A stretch of DNA of 64,000 bases, from positions 2,528,001 through 2,592,000 of the forward strand of contig OZ250150.1 in assembly GCA_965237675.1 (NCBI GenBank). Direction: 5' to 3'. Shown piece after piece: positions 52,601 through 61,623 of this stretch. Source of the stretch: Candidatus Latescibacterota bacterium (lineage in GTDB: Bacteria; Latescibacterota; UBA2968; GCA-2709665). The notes beneath the pieces are model-generated. The model searched no databases. It was not told the DNA's origin and was given only the letters and a program-made list of their open reading frames with translations. Made by a program: the position numbers and the translations under genes. Within the stretch, counting starts at the first letter, position 1. Each line of letters begins with the position of its first letter.

Positions 52601-53973
52601 CTGAAGGTGAATCCTTCCACGAGCATTTGAACGACGCCGTTGAATTCTTCAATGCTCAGATTTCGATAGATGAATGACTTCCTGACGAGGTCGTAGAGCG
52701 CGTCTGACGTGCTATCCTCGCACGTCACCTCCGCCACGATCTGCTGGGCGAGCACATCCAGCGGTTTCTCTGGAAAGGGAAGATTGTCCAGTTCGCCCCT
52801 GCGGACACTGTCAAGCAGCGCCACCGCTTCGACCAATTCGTCTTTGGTAAGCGGGTACAGCTTCCCCCTCGGGGTTCCCGCAAGGGTGTGGCCGGAACGG
52901 CCAACGCGCTGGAGCAGCGTTGCAATGGATTTGGGGGATCCGATTTGAACAACCAGATCGATGGATCCCACGTCGATGCCCAGTTCGAGGGAGCCGGTGG
53001 CCACCAGGGCCCTCAGGGCGCCGGCCTTGAGCCTCGTCTCCGCGTCCAGGCGCTTTTCCCTGGACATGCTCCCGTGGTGGGCGGAGACGATTTCGTCTCC
53101 AAGCCTGGCGGACAGATGATGCGACAGGCGTTCGGCCATGGAGCGGGTGGGGACGAATATGAGGGTGGTCTGATGTTCGGCGATGGTATGTTCCAGGGAT
53201 TGATGGATCTCTTCCCAGACCTCGTTGGCCATCACTGCCGTGAGCGGCGATTCCGGCAACTCGATGTCCAGTTCCAACTCACGCCGGTGCCCGATGTTGA
53301 GGATTTCGCAGGGTTCCGCGCCGCCGGTAAGAAAATGCGCCATCCGCTCGATGGGCTTCTGGGTGGCGGAAATGCCGATCCGGTGGAGCGGGTTCCGGCT
53401 GAGGCGCGCCAGCCGCTCCATGGAAATCGACAGGTGGGCGCCGCGTTTGTTTCCGGCGACGGCATGGATCTCATCCACGATCAACGTGCCCGCGCTGCTC
53501 AGCATTTCCCTTCCGCCGTTGCTTGTCAGGAGAAGGTAGAGAGATTCCGGCGTGGTCACCAGGATGTGGGGGGGCTTCCGGACCATCTTTGCCCGTTCGG
53601 TGCCCGGGGTGTCGCCGGTCCGGACCATCGCCCGCACGCCGGCGTCGGGGTAGCCGTTCTGTTCCAGGAGCGCCTTTATGCCCTTGAGCGGCACCTGCAG
53701 ATTGCGATGGATATCGTTGCTTAGCGCCTTCAGGGGCGATACATAGACGACGTGGGTTCGGTCCTCCAGCGTGCCGTCGAGACGGCGCTCGAAAAGGTCG
53801 TTCAGGATCGCCAGAAATGCGGCGAGCGTTTTTCCCGATCCGGTCGGCGCGGACAGCAGGACATTTTTTCTGTCCAGGATTTCCGGCCAGGCCAGAGACT
53901 GAATTTCGGACGGGTCGCTGAAATTCTGATTAAACCACTTCCGGACAACGGGATGGAAGTCTTCCAGGGGCAT
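49642..53973 (-). CDS. lhr: Lhr-family ATP-dependent helicase (long form)
   Basis: APTGSGKT, SPLKAL, TTPESL, DEIH, SAT, LELGIDVG, QRVGRSGH; C-terminal LLKRYGV..RGGRFV winged-helix region. Confidence 0.92.
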   Translation of the reverse strand: MPLEDFHPVVRKWFNQNFSDPSEIQSLAWPEILDRKNVLLSAPTGSGKTLAAFLAILNDLFERRLDGTLEDRTHVVYVSPLKALSNDIHRNLQVPLKGIKALLEQNGYPDAGVRAMVRTGDTPGTERAKMVRKPPHILVTTPESLYLLLTSNGGREMLSSAGTLIVDEIHAVAGNKRGAHLSISMERLARLSRNPLHRIGISATQKPIERMAHFLTGGAEPCEILNIGHRRELELDIELPESPLTAVMANEVWEEIHQSLEHTIAEHQTTLIFVPTRSMAERLSHHLSARLGDEIVSAHHGSMSREKRLDAETRLKAGALRALVATGSLELGIDVGSIDLVVQIGSPKSIATLLQRVGRSGHTLAGTPRGKLYPLTKDELVEAVALLDSVRRGELDNLPFPEKPLDVLAQQIVAEVTCEDSTSDALYDLVRKSFIYRNLSIEEFNGVVQMLVEGFTFRRGTRRSYLHFNPVTRTLRAKKGARLNATVSGGTIPDQFDYDVRLEPSGVQIGSVHEDFAVESLPGDIFQLGTASWRILKVETGKVRVEDADGLPPTMPFWIGEAPGRSAELSTSVSRVREEVSARINLDELDENGSGEWKTDAVTWLTDEAGASADAADQVVTYLAATKASLDLVPSQKHIVLERFFDEVGDQHLVIHSVFGNRLNRAWGLALRKRFCRKFNFELQAAANEESLVLSLGPTHSFPLEEVVGYLNDRTVREVLVQALLDAPMFQARWRWNACTALAVLRRRGGERVPPQIQRSDAEDLLALIFPDQLACLENIPGDREVPDHPLVYQTIHDCLHEAMNVDALERLLQRIHNGEIEVSARDLREPSPMSEGILNARPYAFLDDAPLEERRVQAVRTRRRLEPEDARKLGKLEKGAIEAVQAEAWPAVTDADELYDVLVMHGFLTDTEVMESGDGTWRPLLASLVESGQAVPADPRDGPKLWIAVERIPQFEVLYGEAVGRGATAVHDSIREFSSEDPEQVLTDVVRGRIELLGPTTASRIARDMGLSRQRIDQVLHALESEGFAIRGHFSPDLPSDAETEWCERRLLARIHRYTLEKLRRAIRPISSSDYVRFLLRWHNLTEDTRKGGPEALKEVLDQLDGFSCPAIAWESDVLPSRIKDYDHLWLDTCCLSGKTMWGRYLRTQSARAGNTPIRTTPITLVNRTTFGAWPFRPAESCTPVLTPSAQRVFECLKAGGALFYHDILARSKMLRSEIESAIAELVAAGKLTCDSFAGLRALLIPEKFKVRSRRNRGPVFGMEQAGRWSLIEPEFEDQADIEQCARILLKRYGVVFRRVLARESGIPPWRDLVRVLRRMEDRGEVRGGRFVERWGEQYALPAAITVIRSLKREKRRGELVSVSACDPVNLVGVVTPGRRIPAIPGNRILFRDGEPVARYEGKSVHFEKKLDAETAWTLEKSLIRKHVPPKLREYLGKIVLP

Positions 53974-54121
53974 GTGCGATTCTCATCCGGAGTGTGTGGA
54001 GGCCGGGATCAGACGTGTTGGGCGCGGTGGACGGGGGAACATCCGTTCACCAATATAACGAACAGCCCTGTCAAATGCAAGGCGCCGGAATCCAATTCCC
54101 GATCCGGTTCCGGGACGCCAC

Positions 54122-54865
54122 CTATCGCCCTGCATGATCCTGTTGTGATGGCCGGAACTCGTCCCAGTGGGTGATCGAATCCGCCCACGTTTGTGGGTTC
54201 GCCATCGGCCGGTCGCGCGAACGATCGAAATACATGGCGGCCACGCCCATAGATCCGGGGGCCAGGACATCGTTGCGAAGATTGTCTCCGATGAACAGGA
54301 CGTCGCGTGCCTCGTCAGCCGCAAGACCGGCCCTCCTGAGACTCTCACGATAGATTTCCGACCCCGGCTTTCTGAACCCCAATCTTGCGCTGTCCAAGAC
54401 AAACTGGAAGTTGTCCAACAATCCGTGGTCGGCGAGCAGCTGCTCCGGCCACCCTGAAAGGTAGAAATTCGACACGACACCCATACGAACTCGACCACGC
54501 CACGATGCCAGCATCGCCTCGACCCCGGGCGTTGGTCGGACCTGCTTCGGATAAGACCTTTTGAATTCTTCCACCATTTCTTGTACGAGCCCGTGAACGG
54601 GCTTTCGAACGGTCTTTTCGGTAGCCGAAAGCACTTCCGACAGTCGGTCTTCAAGCTCGACCTCCCTCGAGTCGTTGCCGGACAATCGGTGCCTCCGCCA
54701 GCGCGAATACGCATTCACGAAGTCGCAGGGAGTGGCGAAGTAACCCTCCCGGACCGGCAGGTCGACAATCGAGCTCAATCCGTACTCATCTCCGGTTTCA
54801 TCGAAGTCGTCCAGAAGGGTATTGAAGCAATCGAAGAAGATCCACCTCGGCGTTCGGTCGGTCAT
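54122..54865 (-). CDS. HAD-family hydrolase
   Basis: FFDCFNTL, VVSN, RKP, FIGDNLRNDV. Confidence 0.85.
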   Translation of the reverse strand: MTDRTPRWIFFDCFNTLLDDFDETGDEYGLSSIVDLPVREGYFATPCDFVNAYSRWRRHRLSGNDSREVELEDRLSEVLSATEKTVRKPVHGLVQEMVEEFKRSYPKQVRPTPGVEAMLASWRGRVRMGVVSNFYLSGWPEQLLADHGLLDNFQFVLDSARLGFRKPGSEIYRESLRRAGLAADEARDVLFIGDNLRNDVLAPGSMGVAAMYFDRSRDRPMANPQTWADSITHWDEFRPSQQDHAGR

Positions 54866-54890
54866 GGGGTCGAGGAAAGCGATTGAGAGA

Positions 54891-55664
54891 TTAATGTCCG
54901 TGGCGGGGGTTCACAAGTGTCAGGTGCAGGGCCGCGTCCAGCCCTGCAAGATGAGCGGCCGTTCGCTGCGCCATCGGCCATGCCGTGGGCGTCTCGAAGA
55001 TGAGCACGTGATCCGCGTGGTATCGAAGAACGTATGGCACGATCCCGCCCGTGCCCCACGACGGCGCGACCTTGTAGACGCCCCTTGAGATGGGGAGGTC
55101 GTTCTCTTCCTCCTCCCCGTCGAGATCGATGGCGCCCACCTTCTCGACCTCTCGGACGATCTCCGGTCCGGCCCAGCGTTCATCGCGACGGCCTTCGTAC
55201 ATATAGAATCCGGTGGCCTCCCAGTCTTCGTGGAAATCCACGTACAGGTCGAAACGCTTTCCCTTCAATATCCGCCTGGCAATTTCACCCTCGCGAACGC
55301 CGACCTCCGAGAATGACCGGTTGATATCTTCACCCTGGCGGTTTTCCCTCTTATTGTGGACGTATCCCCAGGGATTCACACACGGCAGGACGAGAAACGT
55401 AAAGTGCCGGAGCAGATCCGCCGGGTCCCGTTCGAGAAACGCGAGAACCGCCTCCGGCCCCGCCGGTTCGTCGCCGTGGACCCCGCCGGAGAGAAGCACC
55501 CGCTTTCTGCCGCGAGGGTCACCGCCTAACCGGATACAATAGATGGGATAATCGCCCACGAATCCGGCCGTCTCCATCTCCATATCCGCCAGGTTCAGTG
55601 CCTCCAGACGCCGGGTCAAACGACCGAAATCATGGCCTTCAATTTTTAAATCTTCCGGTTTCAT
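54891..55664 (-). CDS. M14-family metallocarboxypeptidase / AstE-AspA-like protein
   Basis: SGGVHGDEPAG, PCVNPWG, DINRSF, DFHED, FETP. Confidence 0.85.
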   Translation of the reverse strand: MKPEDLKIEGHDFGRLTRRLEALNLADMEMETAGFVGDYPIYCIRLGGDPRGRKRVLLSGGVHGDEPAGPEAVLAFLERDPADLLRHFTFLVLPCVNPWGYVHNKRENRQGEDINRSFSEVGVREGEIARRILKGKRFDLYVDFHEDWEATGFYMYEGRRDERWAGPEIVREVEKVGAIDLDGEEEENDLPISRGVYKVAPSWGTGGIVPYVLRYHADHVLIFETPTAWPMAQRTAAHLAGLDAALHLTLVNPRHGH

Positions 55665-55798
55665 GGATCTGCCCGTTTCCTGAGATGGTAAGCCTGATTA
55701 ATACATGCAATTGTCACGTTTAGCTGCTTTATTCGCCAATCAATCAATGCCACCCCAGCATAAAGGCTTGTCGAGCCGTTGAGGATGCGGGTGTGAAG

Positions 55799-56176
55799 GT
55801 GGGGCAGACATTCCTGTCTGCCCTTCTCGTGTTTACGCAACGCTTCGTTCGACTCCCCCTCTCCTCGCAGGAGAGGGGGCCGGGGGGAGAGGTCCTTCTG
55901 CCGTAATGCAGACGGAAGTGATCCAATTGATAGCGCCGCCCTTTTTCCAGTGGGGGAGACGGAGGCGGGTCGTGGCGTGCCCGGACACAGGATTCTGAGG
56001 TTTCGGTTTGATGTATGTGAGCAGACAGGAATGTCTGCTCCACCTTCTTAAGCATTGGTTCGAGGTATCGCTTGAGCTCGTGAACCATCTGAGACAAATC
56101 GCCATTACTTGCTTCAAATTCCAGAAACTGCAAGGTGTCGCTGTAACCTGTCTGCGTGCGGTGACGCACAGGCAGG
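55799..56176. repeat. Cluster of REP-like palindromes
   Basis: Inverted pair GTGG(G/A)GCAGACATTCCTGTCTGC at 55799-55823 and 56019-56043; CCCCCTCTCCTCGCAGGAGAGGGGG at 55855; CCTGTCTGCGTGCG..CGCACAGGCAGG at 56147-56176. Confidence 0.8.
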
Positions 56177-56366
56177 CTGGTCAGGACGCCCCCGTCGGAG
56201 GCGCCTTCCGTATTCTTACGGCATCGACTTGCAGGAGAGACCCTGTCATGATTATCTTGAACGTACATGGTCGTTTTCTCCCAATTCATTGTTATAACAT
56301 TACTTGTGTCACCATAATACAATGACTTGGGTAAGGGAACTACCATTTTTTAGTGAATTATTGAGG

Positions 56367-58700
56367 TTAGGTAAGCGTCCGATAACGATCTAATGCCGTT
56401 CGTTCGAATGCCTTACCTCTTATTAGCTTCGATCCATCCATTCTGACCATCTTGAAAGCACTATCCAGGCCCCACGCATATCCAATGTCCACAATTGCTT
56501 CACCTGATGCTTCTAACGACCGCCGCGTGGGGATCTTGTTGCTATTGGAAATCTCGACCAGTTCCTGAATACGGTACCGGTCCGAGATTAGAATTGGCGC
56601 GCAGCATTCAATTGTTCTGCCCAACATGAGCGTCGCAAGACGCGCTGAGTCTGTAGGAAGCTCGTCCCACGTATTCCAGATAACGGGTTTGCAGTTTAAC
56701 TGTTTCGCTCGATCTATAACGCGAAAACACTCAGTTGCATCGAGCATCTGTTCATTTTGCACAACACCCACGTACACTGATCCCTGGTCGGTCTCCAGAG
56801 CACATCCGGGATCGTCTACGGTCCTCCATCTGGACCGGCTAAACACTGCCAGTCCTTCGTCGATAAGTCGAACACGGATTGGCATCTTTGGATTCGAGTT
56901 AGGTGGATTCTGTGGTCTTGGTCTCGGCAGGTCTTCGGCTCGTGGAATCCGACCCCACACCAATTCTCCATCAAGTAAACCCATATCCAGATCTACAATG
57001 TAGACCGTGTCCGATTCTGTGCATTTTGACAATGGAAGTGAATTCCTGGTACCTGCTTTTCTGGCTCTGAGTTCATTACCATCTGGCGAAAACGCAAAAG
57101 GATGAGTTCTGGTCGCAACCTTCTTCACACGGTGATGGAGCGTACATAGTGCGAACACGCGATTTTCTACCGCTCTTAGACGAAGGATTGATGACCATTT
57201 GATGTCAACAACGTTGAAGTAGCTTGGATTGATCCATATACAGGCGCCACGTTTTGCGAGAAAACGTGGCAACAGACCCAGATATTGGTCGTGGCAAATC
57301 GTGGCGCCAGCCCGGACGCCGACCAGGTCGAAGGTCGGAAGCATCACGTGTGGACTCCAGTCGGAACTCTCAAATGCAACTGCGCCTGCCGTAGAATGCT
57401 TCACGTATATTCGCGAATGCGATCTATCGGGATCTATACGTTGCAGAACCTCCCAGGTGCGCCCGGTTGAGTCGACACTATTGTCGGTCGCGCCGACCAG
57501 CAAAGGCGCATCCAGATCCGCAGCGAGTTCCTTTAGTAAGTTGATACGTTTGGAATCGGTCGCGCTAATGTATCCTTCCGGAAAGAGAACAAAGTCTACG
57601 CTTTCGCCTGCAAAGGATGCGTGGGTGGGTATGACGGGCTTTTGGGCATTATCTCCAAGAGGTACGATTCCGAGTAGCGCACTATGGTTTACCTGAGGAA
57701 ACACGAGTGCCGCTCGCAGTACAGAAGTCGTTCGAGCAGCGGAGTTATGCCTTTTGGCCATCGTTTGGCTTGCTCTTAAGGGCTTCTGCGTTGAACTGTG
57801 AAGGCCGATAAAAGCGGAGAATCGCTGCTTGTCGATGTTGCTGTCCGGGTCGAGCGAGCACCAGACCAAATCGTGGGCGTACATTCGAACCGTTGGCTGA
57901 AGACCCTTGATCGATGGGACGAGATCCCGAAGAGCGTCATACCAGGCCCGTTGTTCGTCACGGAAAGGGGGATCGTTGTCCTTTGCATCGTGGCGTTCAC
58001 ATTGTGATATCCACTGCTTTTTTGAAAACCCTAAGGCGAGGTCGTCCGGGTACGCGCTAAGAGCCAGTTTCCGTGGGGTCGTAAAGTGTTGGCTCTCATC
58101 GAACTCCAGGATGAATCCGGGTTCAGGTACCCAAAAATCGCACGCCGCCAGCGTTTCCGCTCTCACAAAGTCCTGCAAACCAAAGCCACGGTATGTCTCC
58201 AGAACCGTTACAAGTTTCCTTAGTGTGGTGTAGATCGGGGTTCCCATGTAGGAGCAGACGTGAGTTGACCAGCCAAACCTGTGGTTTAGACGGCACTCTC
58301 CGTAAATGCGCTCCAGTAGGTCATGAACCCGGTTTTTGCATTCGGCACACCGCTCTGAATGCCGTTCTGACCGAATACCAGACGTCCTCTTTTTGGACCG
58401 ATTAGCCGGGGACGTGACAGGGCTGACTCGATGGGTACCACCGCATTTGCACTCGACAATTTCGAAGCCGTGGGTCGTGAGGAAGCCATTGGACTCGGCG
58501 CCGCCCGAGAATTCGTATGAGGGCAGGAATCGACCCGTAGCTATCTGGTGAGCCAATGCGATCGTGTACTTGGGTGGAAAGTGAAAGTCATCCACTAACA
58601 AACAGTAATTCCGCGCACTCCTCCTTGGCGGAACACCCTCACGGCCAATCCGCCGCATAGCCGCGACTATGTTTGCTTTCGTGATGAATGACGGAACCAT
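56367..58700 (-). CDS. Multidomain protein: McrA-type N-terminal head, nuclease-like domain, carbon-nitrogen hydrolase (nitrilase) domain
   Basis: PPKYTIALAH...FSGG..SNGFL...GFEI head; CDFWV..FILEFDESQHF; FPEGY / YVKH / TICHD triad and RAVEN; lower GC than its flanks. Confidence 0.7.
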   Translation of the reverse strand: MVPSFITKANIVAAMRRIGREGVPPRRSARNYCLLVDDFHFPPKYTIALAHQIATGRFLPSYEFSGGAESNGFLTTHGFEIVECKCGGTHRVSPVTSPANRSKKRTSGIRSERHSERCAECKNRVHDLLERIYGECRLNHRFGWSTHVCSYMGTPIYTTLRKLVTVLETYRGFGLQDFVRAETLAACDFWVPEPGFILEFDESQHFTTPRKLALSAYPDDLALGFSKKQWISQCERHDAKDNDPPFRDEQRAWYDALRDLVPSIKGLQPTVRMYAHDLVWCSLDPDSNIDKQRFSAFIGLHSSTQKPLRASQTMAKRHNSAARTTSVLRAALVFPQVNHSALLGIVPLGDNAQKPVIPTHASFAGESVDFVLFPEGYISATDSKRINLLKELAADLDAPLLVGATDNSVDSTGRTWEVLQRIDPDRSHSRIYVKHSTAGAVAFESSDWSPHVMLPTFDLVGVRAGATICHDQYLGLLPRFLAKRGACIWINPSYFNVVDIKWSSILRLRAVENRVFALCTLHHRVKKVATRTHPFAFSPDGNELRARKAGTRNSLPLSKCTESDTVYIVDLDMGLLDGELVWGRIPRAEDLPRPRPQNPPNSNPKMPIRVRLIDEGLAVFSRSRWRTVDDPGCALETDQGSVYVGVVQNEQMLDATECFRVIDRAKQLNCKPVIWNTWDELPTDSARLATLMLGRTIECCAPILISDRYRIQELVEISNSNKIPTRRSLEASGEAIVDIGYAWGLDSAFKMVRMDGSKLIRGKAFERTALDRYRTLT

Positions 58701-58856
58701 GATTCTTCTCGCTTGCGAGGTGTTGGTCTGCTAAATTCATTCACCCTGGTGAAACTGCCAACCAGGGCGCTGATACTGCAAGGCTGATTGGGCGGAGCCC
58801 GGCCAGATCGATCCGTACTCAGAAATCGCATGAAACCCGGTCGTAATTCCCCAGTC

Positions 58857-59681
58857 CTACCGTTTTGGCGCCGGTGGATTGTACCGTATGGCGTGGTAGT
58901 CGTAGTCGCTCGTAATGGGAACGGGCCTCCCGTCCAGAAACGCCCATCTCCCCACGTCGCACGAGGATGCCCGGACGAATCCGTTGATGTACGACCGCCG
59001 CGGCCGGTCCGTCGTATTCGGCGACGAGCCGTGAACCGTGTACGACGTAAACATCAGCACGTCTCCCGGCATGGCCTCGCAGGCCACGGCCGAGGAGACG
59101 TCCATCTGCGCTTCGACGCCCCCTTTCGCGTACCGTTTCACTTTCAAGTTGCCCAGTCTGTGGCTCCCCGGGACGACGTGCAAACAACCGTTTTCAACAT
59201 TCGCCTCGTCCACCACGACAATCGTCTGTACATAGTTGTTGACCTGATCGCGAAACGCGGGCGTCGGGCGGATGTCCTGGTGCCACGGAAATTCGATCTC
59301 GCCACCGGGCATTTTGAAGTTGATCTGATTGATATATTGCTTAAGAGACGTTCCGATCAACGGGTCCAGCAGGGCTGGAAACTTCGGACTGTTGCGGATC
59401 TCCTCGAATGCCGGATGAATTAGAGCGGGCCACTGGACCTTGCGAAGATATCGAACGGCATCCGGCCCTGCCATCGACCCGGGGGTCTGCAGGTGAATAT
59501 GCACGTCGTTCCGCCTGCCTTTGAGAATTTCATCCGGAAGATCCGTCCGCGATGCCAATTCCAGGATGTAGTCGTAACCCTCGCGCAGGCGCGCAATCTC
59601 ATCCCGGTCAAATACGCCTCGGGCCACGTGGTATCCCTGTTCCCGGAATGCTTCGACGTCTTTCTTGCTCAGAGTCGTCAT
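58857..59681 (-). CDS. Phytanoyl-CoA dioxygenase (PhyH) family protein
   Basis: FREQGY, WHQD, ENGCLHVVPGSH, VHGS.PN...RR. Confidence 0.9.
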   Translation of the reverse strand: MTTLSKKDVEAFREQGYHVARGVFDRDEIARLREGYDYILELASRTDLPDEILKGRRNDVHIHLQTPGSMAGPDAVRYLRKVQWPALIHPAFEEIRNSPKFPALLDPLIGTSLKQYINQINFKMPGGEIEFPWHQDIRPTPAFRDQVNNYVQTIVVVDEANVENGCLHVVPGSHRLGNLKVKRYAKGGVEAQMDVSSAVACEAMPGDVLMFTSYTVHGSSPNTTDRPRRSYINGFVRASSCDVGRWAFLDGRPVPITSDYDYHAIRYNPPAPKR

Positions 59682-59919
59682 CGATCGTCGTCCCGATTCT
59701 TACCAGCTGCCGACAGTTGTCCAAGCGTCCGCACGTCCATAAGCATACCGGGAATCACGGGCGCGACGTTCTCGGTGACTTCCTGCCGGCCATGGAGAGG
59801 CGTGTCACCCACCGGATTGTCCAGCCAGTATGCGGCCGCGACACCGCATTCGAGGAAGGTGTCTTCGGTCATGTCTCCAATCCTGCTGACTCGGATCTCG
59901 GGATCCCGTTACGCACGAT

Positions 59920-60729
59920 CTATATCAGGAACGGAAGGTCCGTCTGGTCCGCAAGAACCTTGATCGAGCGGGGTTGACGTGGAATCCTTGAGATAAGGCC
60001 CAGCTTTTCCAATCTCTTGAGCATGCTGTTTACAGTTGGCGCCGTGACGCCAAAGTAGTGCTGGAAATCGGTCCGGGCTGGCGGAATGCCGTTAATCTTG
60101 GTGTAATAATGGATAAGGGCCAGATATTGTCCTTGCTTGTAAGTATAGGAAACGGTCTCCACGTAACTGACGATTTCGTCACTATCGAACTGGGCTAAGT
60201 ACTGATTGACAAGATCAATAGGGAAGTTTTCGGGATCGAAATTGCTCCCAAACCAGTCGATGGTCGAGGAATGCTCCGGGTGATCGCTGTCCGCCAGGGC
60301 CTCCAGGAACTCCGCATATCCCGAGATTCCGCCTACATCCTCAGGCGGGCACGATCGTTCACCCGCCAAACAGGTGGGATAAGATACCCCCGGTTCAGGC
60401 TCCTTGATTGCTTCCACTTTAACGAGATGCTCCCAACCGTCTCCAAAATCATATTGGTAGAGAAATTCGACGCCGGTGAATGGTGCAACCTGCTCCAGCG
60501 TGATTGCGTCTTCATTCAGCGTGTCCTCATCCCAATCGTAAAGCGCCGGGTCACATATTCCGTAGCGGGAGTCTGCTATGCGAAACTCGTGGAGATGGGA
60601 GTTGGTCCACCCCATCACGATTTGAAGTATCAAATGGAGGTCGCCGAGGGAGCACTCCCCGTCAACGGCAACACGTCTCCATATCGGCGGAGCAATGTCC
60701 ATCAAGGTGATCTTGAGTTGGTAGATCAT
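59920..60729 (-). CDS. pRiA4b ORF-3-family protein fused to a LexA/MarR-like HTH
   Basis: YQLKITL..PPIWRR, MGW..HLHEF, YDFGDGWEH, CPPEDVGG; C-terminal KQGQYLA..FGVTAPTVNSML..LE..GLI.R...RSI. Confidence 0.85.
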   Translation of the reverse strand: MIYQLKITLMDIAPPIWRRVAVDGECSLGDLHLILQIVMGWTNSHLHEFRIADSRYGICDPALYDWDEDTLNEDAITLEQVAPFTGVEFLYQYDFGDGWEHLVKVEAIKEPEPGVSYPTCLAGERSCPPEDVGGISGYAEFLEALADSDHPEHSSTIDWFGSNFDPENFPIDLVNQYLAQFDSDEIVSYVETVSYTYKQGQYLALIHYYTKINGIPPARTDFQHYFGVTAPTVNSMLKRLEKLGLISRIPRQPRSIKVLADQTDLPFLI

Positions 60730-60829
60730 GACTTCCTCCCGCTTTTTTCGGCGATGGGATATGCCCGTTCATTGTTGTCTGATCAGGAACATGGTATGGC
60801 GGGATGCGGGCGGGTCCGGACGAACGCTG

Positions 60830-61327
60830 CTATGTCCGACCCTCCATATTCGCGCGGATTCTGGCCGTCATTCCGCGTATTTGTGCGGATGTGAGGTGCA
60901 CCGGTGTTACCGTGTCGAAACGGACACCCTCGGCTCGCGCGATATGCGGGGGAAATTTGCCCTTCGCTGTCGTCGTTTTCCACTGCGGTACCACGTGCAG
61001 GTGGAAATGCGGAACCTCCTGTAAACTGGCGACACCGTTATTCTGGTAGATCAGCAATCCCTCCGCATCCACCGCGATTGACAGCGCCCTGCCCACCCGC
61101 CGGGCGACCTCAAGCACCTGGATCATTTCCGATTCGGTGAGATCGAACACGGTCGGCGCGTGCCGCTTTGGCGCAACCAGGCTCTGACCCTCCAGGAACT
61201 GCCTGCTATTCACCCTTGCAATGACGGCATCCGTTTCTTCCACGAAATCGCCCGGTTTACCGTTTCGTACAACTTCGCAGAAGAAACACGGGTCCTGTTC
61301 CGGAAGTTCGAATCCGTCAAAGTTCAC
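60830..61327 (-). CDS. HIT-family protein
   Basis: CFFC, PKRH, QNNG..QEVPHFHLHVVP. Confidence 0.88.
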   Translation of the reverse strand: MNFDGFELPEQDPCFFCEVVRNGKPGDFVEETDAVIARVNSRQFLEGQSLVAPKRHAPTVFDLTESEMIQVLEVARRVGRALSIAVDAEGLLIYQNNGVASLQEVPHFHLHVVPQWKTTTAKGKFPPHIARAEGVRFDTVTPVHLTSAQIRGMTARIRANMEGRT

Positions 61328-61444
61328 CGAATGGAATTCCCTTCTGTCGGCGTACTGGGGGCGGCTACCGGCCGAATCGGGCTATGTGGTGCTGGCGTGA
61401 TCGTCGCAAATCGCAACAGCGCCATGCGGCAACCGCATGCGAGA

Positions 61445-61621
61445 TCATGATCGCTTCCTGGCGACGAACAGACCGGGACGTTTAGGGATACGAATCGCCC
61501 CCCTTTGGGAGATCTCCCGGTCCGCGATTTTCCGTAGTTCGCACAACTCCCCAGCGCTGAGGCGTTTGAACGACTCGAAATAAGCCACCAATGGCTCGGA
61601 TTCCGTGACCCGCAGAGCGTC
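61445..61621 (-). pseudogene. C-terminal remnant of a class I SAM methyltransferase
   Basis: DALRVTESEPLVAYFES...GAIRIPKRPGLFVARK* with no start, immediately after the DUF3604 stop. Confidence 0.5.
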
Positions 61622-61623
61622 GT

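Noticed and set aside
55744-56346. 200-aa ORF
   Set aside because: It runs through several palindromic repeats and has no protein-like motifs; treated as non-coding.
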